From: a bacterium
GTDB lineage: Bacteria; UBP14; UBA6098; B30-G16
DNA: 64,000 bases
NCBI GenBank assembly: GCA_021162205.1
Contig: JAGGZE010000100.1
Span: 587 to 64,586, forward strand
Reading direction: 5' to 3'
The translations under genes and the position numbers were made by a program. Numbering within the stretch: position 1 is the stretch's first letter; every line of letters begins with the position of its first letter. The notes beneath the pieces were generated by a model. The model made no database searches. It saw nothing but the letters and a program-made list of their open reading frames with translations, and was not told the DNA's origin. Positions 51,639 to 61,280 of the stretch are shown in pieces.

Positions 51639-51727
51639 AACTGCCAATCCCTCATTTATTAGCAGCTATCCCCTCATAAACATTTAATCCCGATGCCGTC
51701 ATCTATTCACCATCGACAGACACACCA

Positions 51728-54169
51728 TTATTTCACAAGAATAGCCCGCTTTGTCGCTGTGAATTCCGGATGAATAATTCTGCAGAAATAAGTTCCAGCG
51801 GAAACGGTTTTACCGTATTTATCGGTGCCATCCCAAACGACTGTATGATAGCCAGCTGAAGCGCTTTCGTCCCATAAAGTTTTCACTTTATGCCCTGAAA
51901 TATCGACTATTTCGACAGTAACAAAATCGCCATGCCCCGATGGGATACCGAACTTGATTGTAGCGGTAGCATTGAATGGGTTCGGCACAACATTCGACAG
52001 GAAGAAATCACCGGGAGTAAGTCCATTATTCGATGTTACCTGTGAAGTTACAGGATAGACGAACAGTTCCATATCGATAGGTTTCTGAACATTTTGCAAA
52101 ATAACTTCATTCTGCGTTCGAAGATTTACTTCATCGTATCCAGTGATTTTCAGCAGAACGGCATATTCAGAAGGAATATTCTCGAGATTCCAGAACAGGC
52201 GAGCATCCTTACCGATTTTTCCGCCGGGGTCGAGCATTACCTGCCACATATAAACATCTCTTCTTTCATTCGTCATATATGTTTCATAGTTTTTCCCATC
52301 GTGAATATAATACAATCTGAAAGGATTCGGTACATCGGGTGGATTCATAATATCTGTCGGCTCGAGAATTTTCATTTCAGAATTGCTATAAAAACCTGCA
52401 TCGTTGAAATAGTCGCCTTCATCACCCATATCGCAGGAAAGCCGAACCGACCATCTTTCAGCAGCAGGAGCTCTCGCAAGCAAAGCAGGAGCAGCCCTAT
52501 CGGTGTACATAATTAAATGAAGCTCATCGGTGGTATATTGTATTATCCAAAACCCTTCCCATTCATAAATATACTTGTCGGCATCGAAAACATTCACGGC
52601 TAATGGAACATATTGCCAAGTCCCCGCTATTTTTCGATATACCTGAATTGCACCGCCTATCCAACCATGTGATACATCAGCAGCTTCACTTATTGGGATA
52701 CTTGGACCACCCAATGTAACATTTTTAATTCGCCATTCTGAAACATCGACCTTGATTGTATCACCTGGTTGAATAGGGTCATGGTCGGGTTTGAAAAATG
52801 GATTAGCCATCATATTGTATTGAGTGTAAGCATTTGTGCCGTCATACTGGTAAAGTGCGACCTCGAAACTATCGGTAGTATCAGCCATCACTCCATAGAC
52901 ATCGAAAGGAATCGAATCACAGTGAGTTTGATTGCCCCAGAAACCGAGACCGAGAGCAAATCTATCGGGATTATTGATATCACCAGGTCCCTGGTAACGC
53001 TTATATCCGCCGACACCGACATTAGGATAATATCTCATAACTCGATACCAGTTTTCCCAGGTTCCGCAATTAGAATCACTTCCAGCACAACTTGTCGGGA
53101 AATCATCGTATAGCACAATATCCTGCTCACCATAATCCACTATTCCATCGAAACCACCCGCCGCACAACAACCGTGTAGTTCAGCAAAGTTTTTATATGC
53201 GGTTGTATCCTCGCGAGGATATAGTGGAACGCCGAATAATGTGTATCTTCGCCAGAGAACTGTTTGAGCATAAGCGGCATTATATGGCTTTTGGTAGGTT
53301 ATAGTTTTGGTTATACTTTTGTCCAAGCCCCCACTTTCGCCGAAAACATGGTCATCGATAGTTATCCATCCAGCGGTAGTGGTATCTGAAAATTCCAATT
53401 TGCTGCCATATGAACCATTACCAGCATCGCACCAAGCATCATAATTATCATTGTGTTCATAAATATCATTATCGGTTTCTCCTGTCCCAAATTGACGATA
53501 GTTCACAAAATCCACTTTACCACCATCATAAGCACCTACAGAACCATCTGGTGGGTCGAATTCCACATATACCGAGCAACGATATTCCTCCCAGAATTTG
53601 ACCGTAACACTTTCAGGAACGGTTTGAGTTCCAGATATTACAATTCCTTCTGCTGTGTCGCCTCTTGCCCATCTATGGAAATTAGGGTCGCAAGTCTCTC
53701 TGGGACCACAGGGGGAAGCTGCGCTGGTAAAAGTTGCTATGGAATCATACCAATAATTTTTCTCACTTGCTTGCACCGTATCCACCCAAAGATAAATGGA
53801 CCAATCATCCGGACCGATAACTGTATCTTTCCATACACCTCTGTTCAAATAATGAAGCCCGATTTTCAATGAATCATCCCATAATTTAATAGAGTCAGCA
53901 TCATTATTCGCGGCTCGCTGGACATCTTTGGCGAAAAAACGCACATAGAACATTTTTTCACCGTGATAAAATCCCTGTTGGTCGGAGTAAGTTCCACCCG
54001 AAACTGTCGTAGCCGCAGTCTGTCCTGTTGCACTGCCCCATAATTCATAACCCCCGCCTGTTGCACCGACCGGACCACCACTGCCATAATAGGATTCTCT
54101 TAACTCGTATTGCCCCCAAATGGCAGTGATAAATAAAAGCGCTACGATAATTATACTCAATTTATTCAT
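51728..54169 (-). CDS. Secreted protein with a C-terminal T9SS type A sorting domain (Por_Secre_tail-like).
   Basis: Signal peptide MNKLSIIIVALLFITAIWGQ after a GGAGGA RBS. The C-terminus 'VVPNPFNATATIKFGIPSGHGDFVTVEIVDISGHKVKTLWDESASAGYHTVVWDGTDKYGKTVSAGTYFCRII...KRAILVK' matches the TIGR04183 pattern. Confidence 0.7.
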   Translation of the reverse strand: MNKLSIIIVALLFITAIWGQYELRESYYGSGGPVGATGGGYELWGSATGQTAATTVSGGTYSDQQGFYHGEKMFYVRFFAKDVQRAANNDADSIKLWDDSLKIGLHYLNRGVWKDTVIGPDDWSIYLWVDTVQASEKNYWYDSIATFTSAASPCGPRETCDPNFHRWARGDTAEGIVISGTQTVPESVTVKFWEEYRCSVYVEFDPPDGSVGAYDGGKVDFVNYRQFGTGETDNDIYEHNDNYDAWCDAGNGSYGSKLEFSDTTTAGWITIDDHVFGESGGLDKSITKTITYQKPYNAAYAQTVLWRRYTLFGVPLYPREDTTAYKNFAELHGCCAAGGFDGIVDYGEQDIVLYDDFPTSCAGSDSNCGTWENWYRVMRYYPNVGVGGYKRYQGPGDINNPDRFALGLGFWGNQTHCDSIPFDVYGVMADTTDSFEVALYQYDGTNAYTQYNMMANPFFKPDHDPIQPGDTIKVDVSEWRIKNVTLGGPSIPISEAADVSHGWIGGAIQVYRKIAGTWQYVPLAVNVFDADKYIYEWEGFWIIQYTTDELHLIMYTDRAAPALLARAPAAERWSVRLSCDMGDEGDYFNDAGFYSNSEMKILEPTDIMNPPDVPNPFRLYYIHDGKNYETYMTNERRDVYMWQVMLDPGGKIGKDARLFWNLENIPSEYAVLLKITGYDEVNLRTQNEVILQNVQKPIDMELFVYPVTSQVTSNNGLTPGDFFLSNVVPNPFNATATIKFGIPSGHGDFVTVEIVDISGHKVKTLWDESASAGYHTVVWDGTDKYGKTVSAGTYFCRIIHPEFTATKRAILVK

Positions 54170-54269
54170 TAGTTCCTCCTCGGATAATATTATCACCTAT
54201 ATTCATTATATAAATAAAATATGAAAAGTCAACAGCTAATAACAAATAAATTTAAAATAGTATTTATTT

Positions 54270-54821
54270 CTACTTTTCAGACTTTTCAAGCGATACGCCA
54301 ATGTTTGCAAGCCCATCTGCAATTTTGTTGTATTTCCTTAAAATATGAACAAATTTCACGGTTCGGAATATTTTAGGATGTGTGACATCTCCAAGATGTG
54401 TGATATCTCCAAGATGTGTGACATCTCCAAGATGTGCGACATCTCCAAATTGTAAAAGTTTATGTGCTTTTGCGGCAAGTTGAGCAAGAGTAGGATTTTT
54501 GAGCCGATATTCGCCTCGCATCTGTTTAACGAGCAATTCACTATCCGAACGGATTTCAATATTATGTTCTGTGGGATGTGTGAGAACTGGAAGATGTGTG
54601 ACATCTGCAAGATGTATAAGTTTATTCACCTGTTCGAGGGCGAGTATTAAAGCTTTGTATTCGGCGACATTGTTCGTTGCAATCCCTATCGATTTCGACA
54701 TTCTAATCAATTCATCACCAGATTCTGTCGTGATGAAAACACCGATACCAGCAGGACCTGGATTTCCTTTCGATGCACCATCTATATAACATATTAAATT
54801 CATATATATTTTTATTTTCAA
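54270..54821 (-). CDS. rnhA: Ribonuclease HI carrying two in-frame insertions of 6-aa (GDVTHL) tandem repeats.
   Basis: 'CYIDGASKGNPGPAGIGVFI', '...ATNNVAEYKALILAL', 'IEIRSDSELLVKQMRGEY', 'YNKIADGLAN' cover the RNase H catalytic residues. The true start is probably MNLICY at 54803. Confidence 0.7.
   Translation of the reverse strand: MKIKIYMNLICYIDGASKGNPGPAGIGVFITTESGDELIRMSKSIGIATNNVAEYKALILALEQVNKLIHLADVTHLPVLTHPTEHNIEIRSDSELLVKQMRGEYRLKNPTLAQLAAKAHKLLQFGDVAHLGDVTHLGDITHLGDVTHPKIFRTVKFVHILRKYNKIADGLANIGVSLEKSEK
54377..54448. repeat. 4 x 18-bp perfect or near-perfect tandem repeat (gatgtgtgacatctccaa), each unit containing the palindrome agatgt-gtg-acatct. It is in-frame inside rnhA and encodes (GDVTHL)4.
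   Basis: Direct reading of 54377-54448. A second degenerate array of the same unit lies at 54575-54616 (encoding ADVTHL/PVLTHP). Confidence 0.9.
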
Positions 54822-54905
54822 TTAAATTAAAATATCGAATCGCTAAATGTCAAAATACACCCGACAATGCTTTCTGAATTTTGGGTTTCGAACTCGATAA
54901 AATTA

Positions 54906-55643
54906 TCAATCATCGAGTGTTTCAAGCTCGACAATAATTCTTCCACAATTTTCGCAAATCGTAAGTTTCCCTGCTCGAATTTCCTGAATCCTCTGTGGTG
55001 GTAACGCCTGACGACAACCGCCACAAGCTCTATCGACTATCGAAACAACAGCAACACCCTGTTTCCCTCGCCGTATTTGACGATACTTATTCAAAAGGGG
55101 TTTAGAAATTTTCGATGCAATTTTATCTCTTTCAAGCTGAATTTTAACTATTATGTCATCGATTTCGACAGAATTTTTCTCTATCTCTTTGATTCGACTT
55201 TTGTTTTTAGCGACTGTATCTTTCAAATTGGTTTCGAGGTCGGATACTTCCTTTTCGAGACTACTTTGTTCATCCAAAAGAACAATAGATTTTTGTTCCG
55301 CATCGTCGATTTTTTCTTGATGAGTTTGTATCTCGAGTTGAACAGCATCGTATTCTTTATTCGTCGATACATTAGGTAATTTTTCATTAGAACCTTTTAA
55401 TTTTTCTTCCTCACTTTCTAATTCCAATTCGAGAAAATCGATTTCTTTTTTCACCTCGATAAGTCTATCGCTTTTTTCCTTATAATTTTTCTTGAGCTGT
55501 TCGATTCCCGTTTTCAACTGTTTGAGCAAATCGGGAAAAAAGGATTTACGCATATCGAGTTCGAGCAATTTGCTGTCATATTCCTGAACTCTAAGTAATA
55601 ATTTCAACTGCTCCTTCATAGTGAGTTTATTTGGTTGAACCAT
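54906..55643 (-). CDS. Zinc-ribbon domain protein (COG1579-like coiled coil plus C4 zinc ribbon), the usual neighbour of nif3.
   Basis: Long heptad-rich coiled coil followed by 'CGGCRQALPPQ...CENCGRI'. The start at 55643 follows a GGAGGA RBS. Confidence 0.65.
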   Translation of the reverse strand: MVQPNKLTMKEQLKLLLRVQEYDSKLLELDMRKSFFPDLLKQLKTGIEQLKKNYKEKSDRLIEVKKEIDFLELELESEEEKLKGSNEKLPNVSTNKEYDAVQLEIQTHQEKIDDAEQKSIVLLDEQSSLEKEVSDLETNLKDTVAKNKSRIKEIEKNSVEIDDIIVKIQLERDKIASKISKPLLNKYRQIRRGKQGVAVVSIVDRACGGCRQALPPQRIQEIRAGKLTICENCGRIIVELETLDD

Positions 55644-55692
55644 TAGGTCTCCTCTCTGTTTTTTAAATTTATAACAAATCGAACACAATCTT

Positions 55693-56811
55693 TTAATTAT
55701 CGACTGTCTTAAAAATCGGCTCCTCGACATCCGATATTTTAACCTCCCCGTGTTTTCCATATTTATCGAAAAATTTCAGTAAAATATCCCTAATAGTCGG
55801 AAGAATTATCCATTCGGTTCCAAAATGTCCTGCCACAACCGAGGCGATTTCAGCTTCTTTCAAAGCCAATGCGGAATGGTAATTAAGTTCCCCGACGATA
55901 AATAAATCGACCGCAGAATCGATTACATATCGCACAAATGAATCGCCACTGCCGCCGAGAACCGCGACTTTTCTAATAAATTTTTCACCATCGCCAGATA
56001 TACGGACAGCATCGGTGGGTAATTTATCCATACAAAGTCGAGCGACATCGGAGACACTCATCATTTTCGCCAATGTCCCGATTAAGCCGAATCCGCCATT
56101 ACTTTTAACATTTTCCAATGGATAAATATCATAAGCGGGTTCTTCATAAGGATGAAATGTTTTCATCGAGCGAATTGTTTCATTTAAAAGATGAGAGGGA
56201 ACAATTGTCTCGAATTTTATTTCATCGACCTTTTCGAGTTTCCCGATTTCGCCGATATATGGATTTGTTCCTTTACCCGGTTCAAATGTTCCCTCACCAG
56301 CACTGGAAAAACTGCATCGACTATATTTTCCAATCGAACCGATACCTAAATCGAGCATCTGCCGACGAAACCGCTCAAAATTTGTTTCAGGAACAAATAC
56401 CGCTATTTTATATAATTTTCCGGAATTTTTCGTGGATAACGGTCTATCTATTTTTATGCCGAGAATACCTGCTAATGCAACAGATACACCGAATGGAGCG
56501 AAATCGAGATTGGTGTGAGCAGAATAAATTGCGAGGTCGTTTTGTATCGCTCTATATATTTTCCCCGATAAACTGTCTGTTGCGATAATTCTTGCACCGT
56601 TCAAATTCCGAAGTGGATGATGTGTGAAAAGTAAATCGTATCTACCCTCGATAGCCTCGTTTATGACCTCATCGGATATATCGAGAGCGATAAGCACCTT
56701 ATCGACAGCTCGTTTAGGGTCGCCGCAAAAAAGCCCTACTTCATCGCCAGGATAGACCCAATCTTGCGGACAAATCGATTCGAATTCTTTTATCAATTCT
56801 TCAAGTCTCAT
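55693..56811 (-). CDS. Nif3-like dinuclear metal-centre protein (YqfO/YbgI family).
   Basis: 'LIALDISDEVINEAIEGRYDLLFTHHP' and 'AVLGGSGDSF...VGELNYHSALALKEAEIASVVAGHFGTE' are typical NIF3 N- and C-terminal halves flanking a PII-like insert. Confidence 0.75.
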   Translation of the reverse strand: MRLEELIKEFESICPQDWVYPGDEVGLFCGDPKRAVDKVLIALDISDEVINEAIEGRYDLLFTHHPLRNLNGARIIATDSLSGKIYRAIQNDLAIYSAHTNLDFAPFGVSVALAGILGIKIDRPLSTKNSGKLYKIAVFVPETNFERFRRQMLDLGIGSIGKYSRCSFSSAGEGTFEPGKGTNPYIGEIGKLEKVDEIKFETIVPSHLLNETIRSMKTFHPYEEPAYDIYPLENVKSNGGFGLIGTLAKMMSVSDVARLCMDKLPTDAVRISGDGEKFIRKVAVLGGSGDSFVRYVIDSAVDLFIVGELNYHSALALKEAEIASVVAGHFGTEWIILPTIRDILLKFFDKYGKHGEVKISDVEEPIFKTVDN

Positions 56812-56876
56812 AATAAAAAAAAGCACACTGCATTAGAACAGTGCACTCTAATATATAATAGCCCTTCTCGCCATAA

Positions 56877-56949
56877 TGGGCGATAGTGGACTTGAACCAC
56901 TGACCTCTTGCATGTGAGGCAAGCACTCTACCATCTGAGCTAATCGCCC
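56877..56949 (-). tRNA. tRNA-Val (anticodon CAC).
   Basis: Manual fold: acceptor GGGCGAT/ATCGCCC, anticodon loop CUCACAU, T-loop TTCAAGT. Confidence 0.8.
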
Positions 56950-56966
56950 TCCTTCTAAAAGTTAAA

Positions 56967-57039
56967 TGGACCCACCAGGACTTGAACCTGGGGCCAAAGG
57001 ATTATGAGTCCTTTGCTCTACCAACTGAGCTATAGGTCC
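56967..57039 (-). tRNA. Elongator tRNA-Met (anticodon CAU); a lysidine tRNA-Ile2 cannot be excluded.
   Basis: Manual fold: acceptor GGACCTA/TGGGTCC with G1:C72, so not an initiator; anticodon loop CUCAUAA; T-loop TTCAAGT. Confidence 0.75.
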
Positions 57040-57087
57040 ACATTCGATATATATAAAAACTTTATCCTATAAATGTCAAGATTTTTT

Positions 57088-57308
57088 TCCACCCGTTCGG
57101 GTGTTTTTATCGTGCAACTTTCCTTTCGCTTCGCTCAATTCCCTGTTGCACCCATTCGGGTGTTTTCTTCGCGTTGCGTTTCTGATTGCAAAGCAATCAT
57201 TCCTTACAACGCCTGCTCAATCAAAATAACTTTTCTCTAATTAAAAAGAACCGAATGGCTCAAAAGAACCGAGATGCTGGTTTGAACAAGGGAGCATGCT
57301 CCCTTGTT
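57088..57308. repeat. Mosaic intergenic repeat locus C: 1.5 units between tRNA-Met and the mutS2 stop.
   Basis: The hairpin cacccgttcgggtg+TTTTT; the stem pairs gtgcaac/gttgcac and gcgttgc/gcaacgc (the latter enclosing gattgc-aaa-gcaatc); the AT box 'tgctcaatcaaaataactttt...ttaaaaag'; and a terminal 9-bp palindrome caagggagc-atg-gctcccttg. Confidence 0.75.
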
Positions 57309-57337
57309 GATTTCAAGAAATATATACAAGGATGATG

Positions 57338-59755
57338 TTATTCGCTCTTAATGACCGCTATTGTTGCGCCATCGCCGCCATCTCGTTCATCTGGAAGCAT
57401 AAGTTGTGAAATTCGTTTATCTGAATGCAGTTTATCTCTAATAATTCTGCGTAGAGTTCCTTTGCCCTTGCCGTGGATTATGAATATTTTTTTCTCGTTC
57501 GAGGAAAAAGCATCATCGAGAATATGGTCGATTTTATCCCACGCATCGTCTGCAGAAAGTCCACGAACATCTATATTCGGTGGAGATTTACGCGGCTCGT
57601 AGTGGACACTGCCGCTTTTTCGATTTTTGTTTTTATTTCGCTTTTTTCGCTCATATTCTGTCTCGGTATCGACACCGCTCGAATGGATGCGCATCGGCAA
57701 ATTCCCGATAAGCACGCGAACATAACCGCTTTCATCGGTCGGGTCTAAAACATCGCCCCATTTGTGCAATCGATAGACGAAAATTCTATCGCCACTGTGA
57801 AGTTCTTTCGATTTACCTCGATTTCGCGCAAATTTTCGCTCGGATTCTTTTATTTGCTTTTTCAATCGTGAAATAAATTCATCGCCCTGCCGACGCTTTT
57901 TCGGCTCGGGCGATTTCTCTAAAATTATCGAATTCCACTCATCCTGAATTTTTCCCAATTTCCGTTCGAGAGCAGCGAATATGCGAGTATCCCGCTGTTC
58001 TTCGTATGATTTCCGAAGTCTTAATAATTCCTTTTCCTTGATTTGATTCGATGAAATCAATGCCTCGAGAAGTTCCCGTTTGTTTGCCAAATCGGTGCGC
58101 TCCTCGATTATTCTTTCGCGATTATCCTCGACATCCGCGAGTTTGCGTTGAAGCTGCGAAATTATCTCGTCGAGTGCATTTCCACCCTCGTATAGTTCGC
58201 CCGCACGATTTAATATCCTGTCGGGGAAACCGAGCATTTTAGCGATTTCCAACGCCCAACTTCGACCAGGAACACCAACCAATAATCTATATGTCGGCTC
58301 CATTCTATTTTGGTTGAACTCCATCGCCGAATTTTCGATATCGCCGCGAGTAGTAGCGAGACCGAGCAATCCGCCGAGATGAGTATTCGCGATAATCGTA
58401 GCATTCCTATCGAGAAGATGCTCCACCAATGCCCACGATATCGGCGTTCCCTCCTGTGGGTCTGTCGCACTGCCGAGTTCATCGAAAAGCACGAGACTAT
58501 GTTCATCGGCATTTTCCGCCGCAAGTTTGTAATGAAATATATGGCTCGCAAACGATGAAATACTCGCCTCGACCGATTGTTCATCGCCGATATCGGCAAA
58601 GAATTTCGAGAACAGTGGAATTTGCGTTCGCGAATCGGCTGGCACAGGAATTCCGCAGGCGGACATCGCACATATAAGCCCGATTGTTTTGAGTGCGACT
58701 GTTTTCCCGCCCATATTCGGTCCCGTAATAATTATTCCCTTGATTTGCAAATTCAGTTCGATATCGAGCGGGATGACATTTTCCCGTCCCTGTTCCAATA
58801 TCAAAATCGGATGTCTTGCACCGACGATTACGAGTGGATTATCCCGCGATACCGATGGGGAATTCGCACCGATTCCATCGGCAAAATGAGCGACTGCAAC
58901 AAGAAAATCGAGCTGGTGAAGTATCTGCAAATTGAATAAAAATTGCTCGGCATAAGCCGACACGATGCCCGATAAATTTCGCAAAATTCGCTGCTTTTCG
59001 GCTTTTTCTTCGAGTTCGAGTTCGCGAAGTTGATTATTCAGCGGAATCATCTCGATTGGCTCGACAAACAATGTCGCACCGGTCGCCGAACGGTCGTGAA
59101 TCACACTCGGAATGTGTTGCTTGTGTTCGGCTTTGAGCGGAATAACAAATCGCTCGTTGCGAAGCGTTATCAATGGCTCCTGCCAGTAATCCTTATACTT
59201 GTCATCCTCGAGCATATTTTGCAATTTATCCTGCAATTTATCGTGGATTTGCTTTTTTGCAATTCTGAGCTGAGTTAATCGCTCCGAGGCATTCTCCTTG
59301 AAAATCCCCGGCGGTTCGATAAATTTGATGATATTCGAATGCACCGATACCGTGTCCTCGAGACCATCTAAAAGTGAACGCAGACGAGGATATTTTTCGC
59401 TATCGTTCGCAATTTTTCGCAGCCGATGAACGATTATGCTCGTCTGTGCAATTTCCCATAGTTCATTCTCGGCGAGAACGCCCTCTTTGCTCGCTTTATC
59501 CACGAATGGTTCGGGGTCGGATAGTCCCGTGAGTTCTGGTTGACCAGAAATTGCGAGAAGCTGCCGTATCTCCTCGATAAGCTCCCCGCGAATTCCAATC
59601 GATTCCTCATCGGTCGAGGGTCTTAAACCGATAACAAATTTTTTCGCAACATCGGATAGACATTTACTTGCGATATGTTCCAAAATTTTGGGAAATTCGA
59701 GAACTTTTAACGCGTGTTCGAGCGGATTTATGTCTTTTTGCAATAAAAAATCCAT
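57338..59755 (-). CDS. mutS2: Endonuclease MutS2 (MutS-domain ATPase with C-terminal Smr domain).
   Basis: Walker A 'GPNMGGKTVALKTIGL' and the C-terminal Smr 'IDVRGLSADDAWDKIDHILDDA...IIHGKGKGTLRR'. Confidence 0.85.
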   Translation of the reverse strand: MDFLLQKDINPLEHALKVLEFPKILEHIASKCLSDVAKKFVIGLRPSTDEESIGIRGELIEEIRQLLAISGQPELTGLSDPEPFVDKASKEGVLAENELWEIAQTSIIVHRLRKIANDSEKYPRLRSLLDGLEDTVSVHSNIIKFIEPPGIFKENASERLTQLRIAKKQIHDKLQDKLQNMLEDDKYKDYWQEPLITLRNERFVIPLKAEHKQHIPSVIHDRSATGATLFVEPIEMIPLNNQLRELELEEKAEKQRILRNLSGIVSAYAEQFLFNLQILHQLDFLVAVAHFADGIGANSPSVSRDNPLVIVGARHPILILEQGRENVIPLDIELNLQIKGIIITGPNMGGKTVALKTIGLICAMSACGIPVPADSRTQIPLFSKFFADIGDEQSVEASISSFASHIFHYKLAAENADEHSLVLFDELGSATDPQEGTPISWALVEHLLDRNATIIANTHLGGLLGLATTRGDIENSAMEFNQNRMEPTYRLLVGVPGRSWALEIAKMLGFPDRILNRAGELYEGGNALDEIISQLQRKLADVEDNRERIIEERTDLANKRELLEALISSNQIKEKELLRLRKSYEEQRDTRIFAALERKLGKIQDEWNSIILEKSPEPKKRRQGDEFISRLKKQIKESERKFARNRGKSKELHSGDRIFVYRLHKWGDVLDPTDESGYVRVLIGNLPMRIHSSGVDTETEYERKKRNKNKNRKSGSVHYEPRKSPPNIDVRGLSADDAWDKIDHILDDAFSSNEKKIFIIHGKGKGTLRRIIRDKLHSDKRISQLMLPDERDGGDGATIAVIKSE

Positions 59756-59760
59756 AGAAT

Positions 59761-61218
59761 TTAAAGACCGACTTTTTTGTTGAATTCGATAGTCAATTCA
59801 TCGATTTGCGGAACAAGTTCGTGAATTTTTGCCCAGTAGTTTTTATAATCATACCATTGAGCATTAAGCTCGGACAATTCCTTATCCTGTTGCTCTATCC
59901 AGGTGTAATATTTGAGATTGTGAATTCTTCTGCGGTCATAGTAATTCAATTCGAGCGTATAATCGATAGATAAATTCTGCATTAGGTCGAAATCGCATCC
60001 TGCATCGAGTTCGCTGTATGCACCTTTTGCTTCGCGAAGTTCTCGCATACGGGAACCATACAGTTCCATCGAATCGGTGAAAACGGTCAAGATAATATCG
60101 TTCTCGCCGAGTTCGTAATATTTTGCAAACTTTATTGCAGAAAGAAGATTACCGACAGACGATATTCCCAGCAAATCGAGATTATCGACAATTTCATCGG
60201 CTATTCCCTGCGATTTTAGATATTTTCGCCCGACGGATTCATTGAAAAGCCGTATCAACCGCATTGTATATTCATCATCGACAGCGATTACCATATCGGT
60301 ATGGCGAATATTGTGAATCCAAGGAACATGTTTGTCGCCGATGCCCTCGATTCTATGTCCACCGTAGCCATTCATCAAAAGAGTCGGGCATTGAAGCGCC
60401 TCACTTACAGCAATTTTCGAGGTTGGATAAAATTCTTTGAGATAATCACCGCAGCCGAGTGTTCCAGATGAACCAGACGATAGAACGACTCCCATATAAT
60501 TGTCATCCTCGCCCATTTCTGCATCGAGAACCTCTTTCATCGCATTGCCGGTAACCTCATAGTGCCACAGATGATTGCCGAATTCATCGAACTGGTTGAA
60601 AATAACGATGTCGTCGCGGGTCTTTTTCAATTCCCAGCATTTGTCGAATATTTCCTTGACATTGCTTTCGCAGCCGGGCGTTGCGATAACCTCACCTGCA
60701 ACTTTTTTAAGCCATTCGAACCGTTCGCTCGACATTTCCTCGGGTAAAATCGCAATAGATTCGCAGGCAAGCAACGATGCAACATAAGCTCCACCGCGGC
60801 AGTAATTCCCTGTCGAGGGCCATACAGCTTTTTGTTTAGTTGGGTCGAACTGACCTGTAATCAATCTCGGAGCGAGACAGCCGAATGTCGCACCGACCTT
60901 GTGCGCACCGGTCGGAAACCATTTCCCGACGAGAGCGATTATTTTTGCTTTTACGCCTGTTAGCTCGGATGGCAAAACCATATAATTGACACCGCCATAT
61001 CCGCCACCTTGAACGACAGGCTCGTTTTTCCAGGTAATACGGAAAAGATTGCGAGGATGCACATCCCACAAACCGATATTTTTCAACTCATCCTTGATTC
61101 TTTGCGGAATTAATTCTGGATTTTTCATCTGTGCAAATGTTGGAAAGATTATTCCACGCTCATAACATCGTTTTACGGTGCGTTCGAGTTGCTCTTCATT
61201 AACCGTAAGGTCTATCAT
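59761..61218 (-). CDS. PLP-dependent fold-type II enzyme (TrpB/CysK/ThrC superfamily) with N- and C-terminal extensions.
   Basis: Lysine motif 'PTGAHKVGATFG' (compare TrpB 'HTGAHKINN') and a glycine-rich 'SSGSSGTLGCG' loop; 485 aa. Confidence 0.45.
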   Translation of the reverse strand: MIDLTVNEEQLERTVKRCYERGIIFPTFAQMKNPELIPQRIKDELKNIGLWDVHPRNLFRITWKNEPVVQGGGYGGVNYMVLPSELTGVKAKIIALVGKWFPTGAHKVGATFGCLAPRLITGQFDPTKQKAVWPSTGNYCRGGAYVASLLACESIAILPEEMSSERFEWLKKVAGEVIATPGCESNVKEIFDKCWELKKTRDDIVIFNQFDEFGNHLWHYEVTGNAMKEVLDAEMGEDDNYMGVVLSSGSSGTLGCGDYLKEFYPTSKIAVSEALQCPTLLMNGYGGHRIEGIGDKHVPWIHNIRHTDMVIAVDDEYTMRLIRLFNESVGRKYLKSQGIADEIVDNLDLLGISSVGNLLSAIKFAKYYELGENDIILTVFTDSMELYGSRMRELREAKGAYSELDAGCDFDLMQNLSIDYTLELNYYDRRRIHNLKYYTWIEQQDKELSELNAQWYDYKNYWAKIHELVPQIDELTIEFNKKVGL

Positions 61219-61280
61219 ATTTCCTCCAATTTTTTTGTTCGTTTAATATTTTTTCAATCTAATCAATAAAATCCAAATGT

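Noticed and set aside
54377-54448. Possible CRISPR array (short direct repeats of regular period).
   Set aside because: The units are contiguous with no spacers, are only 18 bp, and lie in-frame inside a conserved RNase H coding sequence. No cas genes are nearby.
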